From positions 262,756,001 to 262,820,000 of the forward strand of contig OZ024742.1 in assembly GCA_964016885.1 (NCBI GenBank): a DNA stretch of 64,000 bases. Reading direction: 5' to 3'. Below, one piece after another: positions 62,304 through 64,000 of the stretch. The translations under genes and the position numbers were made by a program. The DNA is from Eledone cirrhosa (lineage: Eukaryota). A model generated the notes under the pieces. That model saw only the letters and a list, made by a program, of their open reading frames with translations. It searched no databases and was not told where the DNA came from. The first letter of the stretch is position 1; every line of letters begins with the position of its first letter.

Positions 62304-62419
62304 CTACAATGAAAACAGAGAAGATGTCAAACAATTTTCTGTTCTAATAAGATATATAATAATATGAAACTTTATAAAACATGAAAACATGAAAAATATA
62401 TACAAAAAACAGCAATAAT

Positions 62420-62640
62420 GAGGATTTCTAATCTAGGCACAAGGCCACAAATTTAGAGGACAGGGAAGAAAGTCGATTATATTGGCACCAGTACTTGACT
62501 GGTACTTTATTTCATCAAGCCCTGAAAGGATGAAAGGTAAAGGTGACCTTGGTGGGATTTGAACTCAGAATGTAAAGAGCCATAACAAATACTTTAAAGC
62601 ATTTGTTCAACGCTCGAACTATTCTGCCAATCTACCACCC
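62420..62640 (-). mobile_element. tRNA-SINE (longer variant)
   Basis: ggcacaaggcc...ctggtactttat...ggatgaaagg...ggatttgaactcag...ctgccaatc. Confidence 0.72.
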
Positions 62641-63813
62641 TTAAACAACAACAACAATAATAATGTGTCCAATTGCCAAATGAATTATACCTGCCTTTAG
62701 GCTGGTATAAAATAAAATAATTAAGAGCATCAAGAGTTTCAAAAACAATGTTGAGTGTTGCTTTTAAGTAGACCGAACAACATATTGTGTTAGATTAGAT
62801 AAGTAATTGGTTCAATAAGACTTAACATTGAAATAATATCATTACAGTATTTATCTTTGAATTTACAAGCAAAAATGACAACTGTAGAATATTGAAGTAT
62901 TTTCAAGTATTTGGTACTTATCACTCTCATGACCACATTCCCAATAAAATATATCGTATTTCAATTAATTAATAAAGAATATGGAGAGATTTACTATAAT
63001 TACTAGTTATTTCATTATTAAAATAGTTTGTCACATAACTTAAGATGTTCTTATACCAAATTATTTTGGAAGATTTTAATTTAAATAGAAAACCTTTAAA
63101 ATGGGTAGTTTTATTTCATAGAACCAAAGACGATTTCATGTGGGTTAGTATCAAAAGGGAAAGTGGAAAAAAAAAACAGGGACAAAAATCTTTGAAGAAG
63201 AACTAACATATAGAGATGATAGTCCATCATATACAACTGTGAAATATTGGATTTGGAATTCAAAGTTAGAAGAAAGTATGTAACTTATGATTAAAAGCCT
63301 GGTTGACTATAGGTGTACAGTAATCCTGTTGAATTTTGTTCACAAAACTATTGCGTTGAGTATAAATTACTACAGTGTACTAGTAGAAAACATCATCATC
63401 ATTTAATATCCATTTTAAATGCTAGCAAGGGTTGTCAAGAGAAAAATGTGAAATTCTAGAAACATGCCACTTGGATGTCTTAAACATTTTTATAGCAAAA
63501 CAACTAAAATTTCCTTTGGTTCTATTATATAAAAGTGTTTATTTTAAAGTGTTTGCTTATATTTATCAAAAAACCTTCCAAAATAATTTTATATAAGAAT
63601 TTATGTTATGTTCCAAACACCAGCTTAATAATAGGAAATGATTATTTTCAAAATTATTTGAAAATTCCAAACAGTGTCCTTCATTAGAAATATGGTGACA
63701 AAAAGGTTAATGTAGAGGATGACAGGTTCACTCTAAGACTTTTGTCACAGACAAATTAAATTACTCCACTTAGCTACAACTAACTGAAAAAATAGATGCT
63801 ATTCTCATCAGAT

Positions 63814-63997
63814 TGGCAGTAACAGTAGAGGGTCAGGCACCAAGCTTTCCAGCATAGAGTTACGTCCCTTTATGGTCTGAGTTCAAACCCCGCCGAGGTT
63901 AACTTTGCCTTTCATCCTTACGGGAGTCGATAAAATAAAGTACCAGTAATGCACTGTGATAATTGCTGGCCTTGTGCCAAAAGTAGAAACAATTATT
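63814..63997 (+). mobile_element. tRNA-derived SINE, full length
   Basis: A box TGGCAGTAACAG, B box GAGTTCAAACCC; reverse-complement match to 6531-6713. Confidence 0.8.
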
Positions 63998-64000
63998 AAA

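Overview
AT-rich, repeat-dense animal DNA, most likely a coleoid cephalopod such as octopus (inferred from its tRNA-derived SINEs, RTE LINEs with (CAT)n tails and microsatellites). One host gene crosses most of the window on the minus strand: a MIS18BP1/KNL2-like centromere-licensing gene. I could join 12 exons with GT-AG boundaries and matching phases (62303 to stop at 11381; 3027 nt, about 1008 aa), with a SANTA domain, a SANT/Myb domain and a YFSDSD C-terminus; its 5' end is probably outside the window. The rest is a nested transposon landscape: about 13 RTE LINE copies carrying a PHD-like finger, including one near-full-length copy interrupted by a 2.07-kb non-autonomous LTR element; Tx1, R4-like, CRE-like, CR1 and Vingi/Ingi-like LINE remnants; a gypsy remnant; a mariner; pogo/Tc2-like and piggyBac-like MITEs; SINEs; and Penelope-like remnants. 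Most notable: three minimal type-I hammerhead ribozyme motifs (one apparently intact, with an unusually long stem-II insert); a 45-unit, 49-bp minisatellite with higher-order structure that arose inside an RTE 3' UTR; and inverted RTE pairs bracketing host exons. All calls were made by eye; no database search was run.
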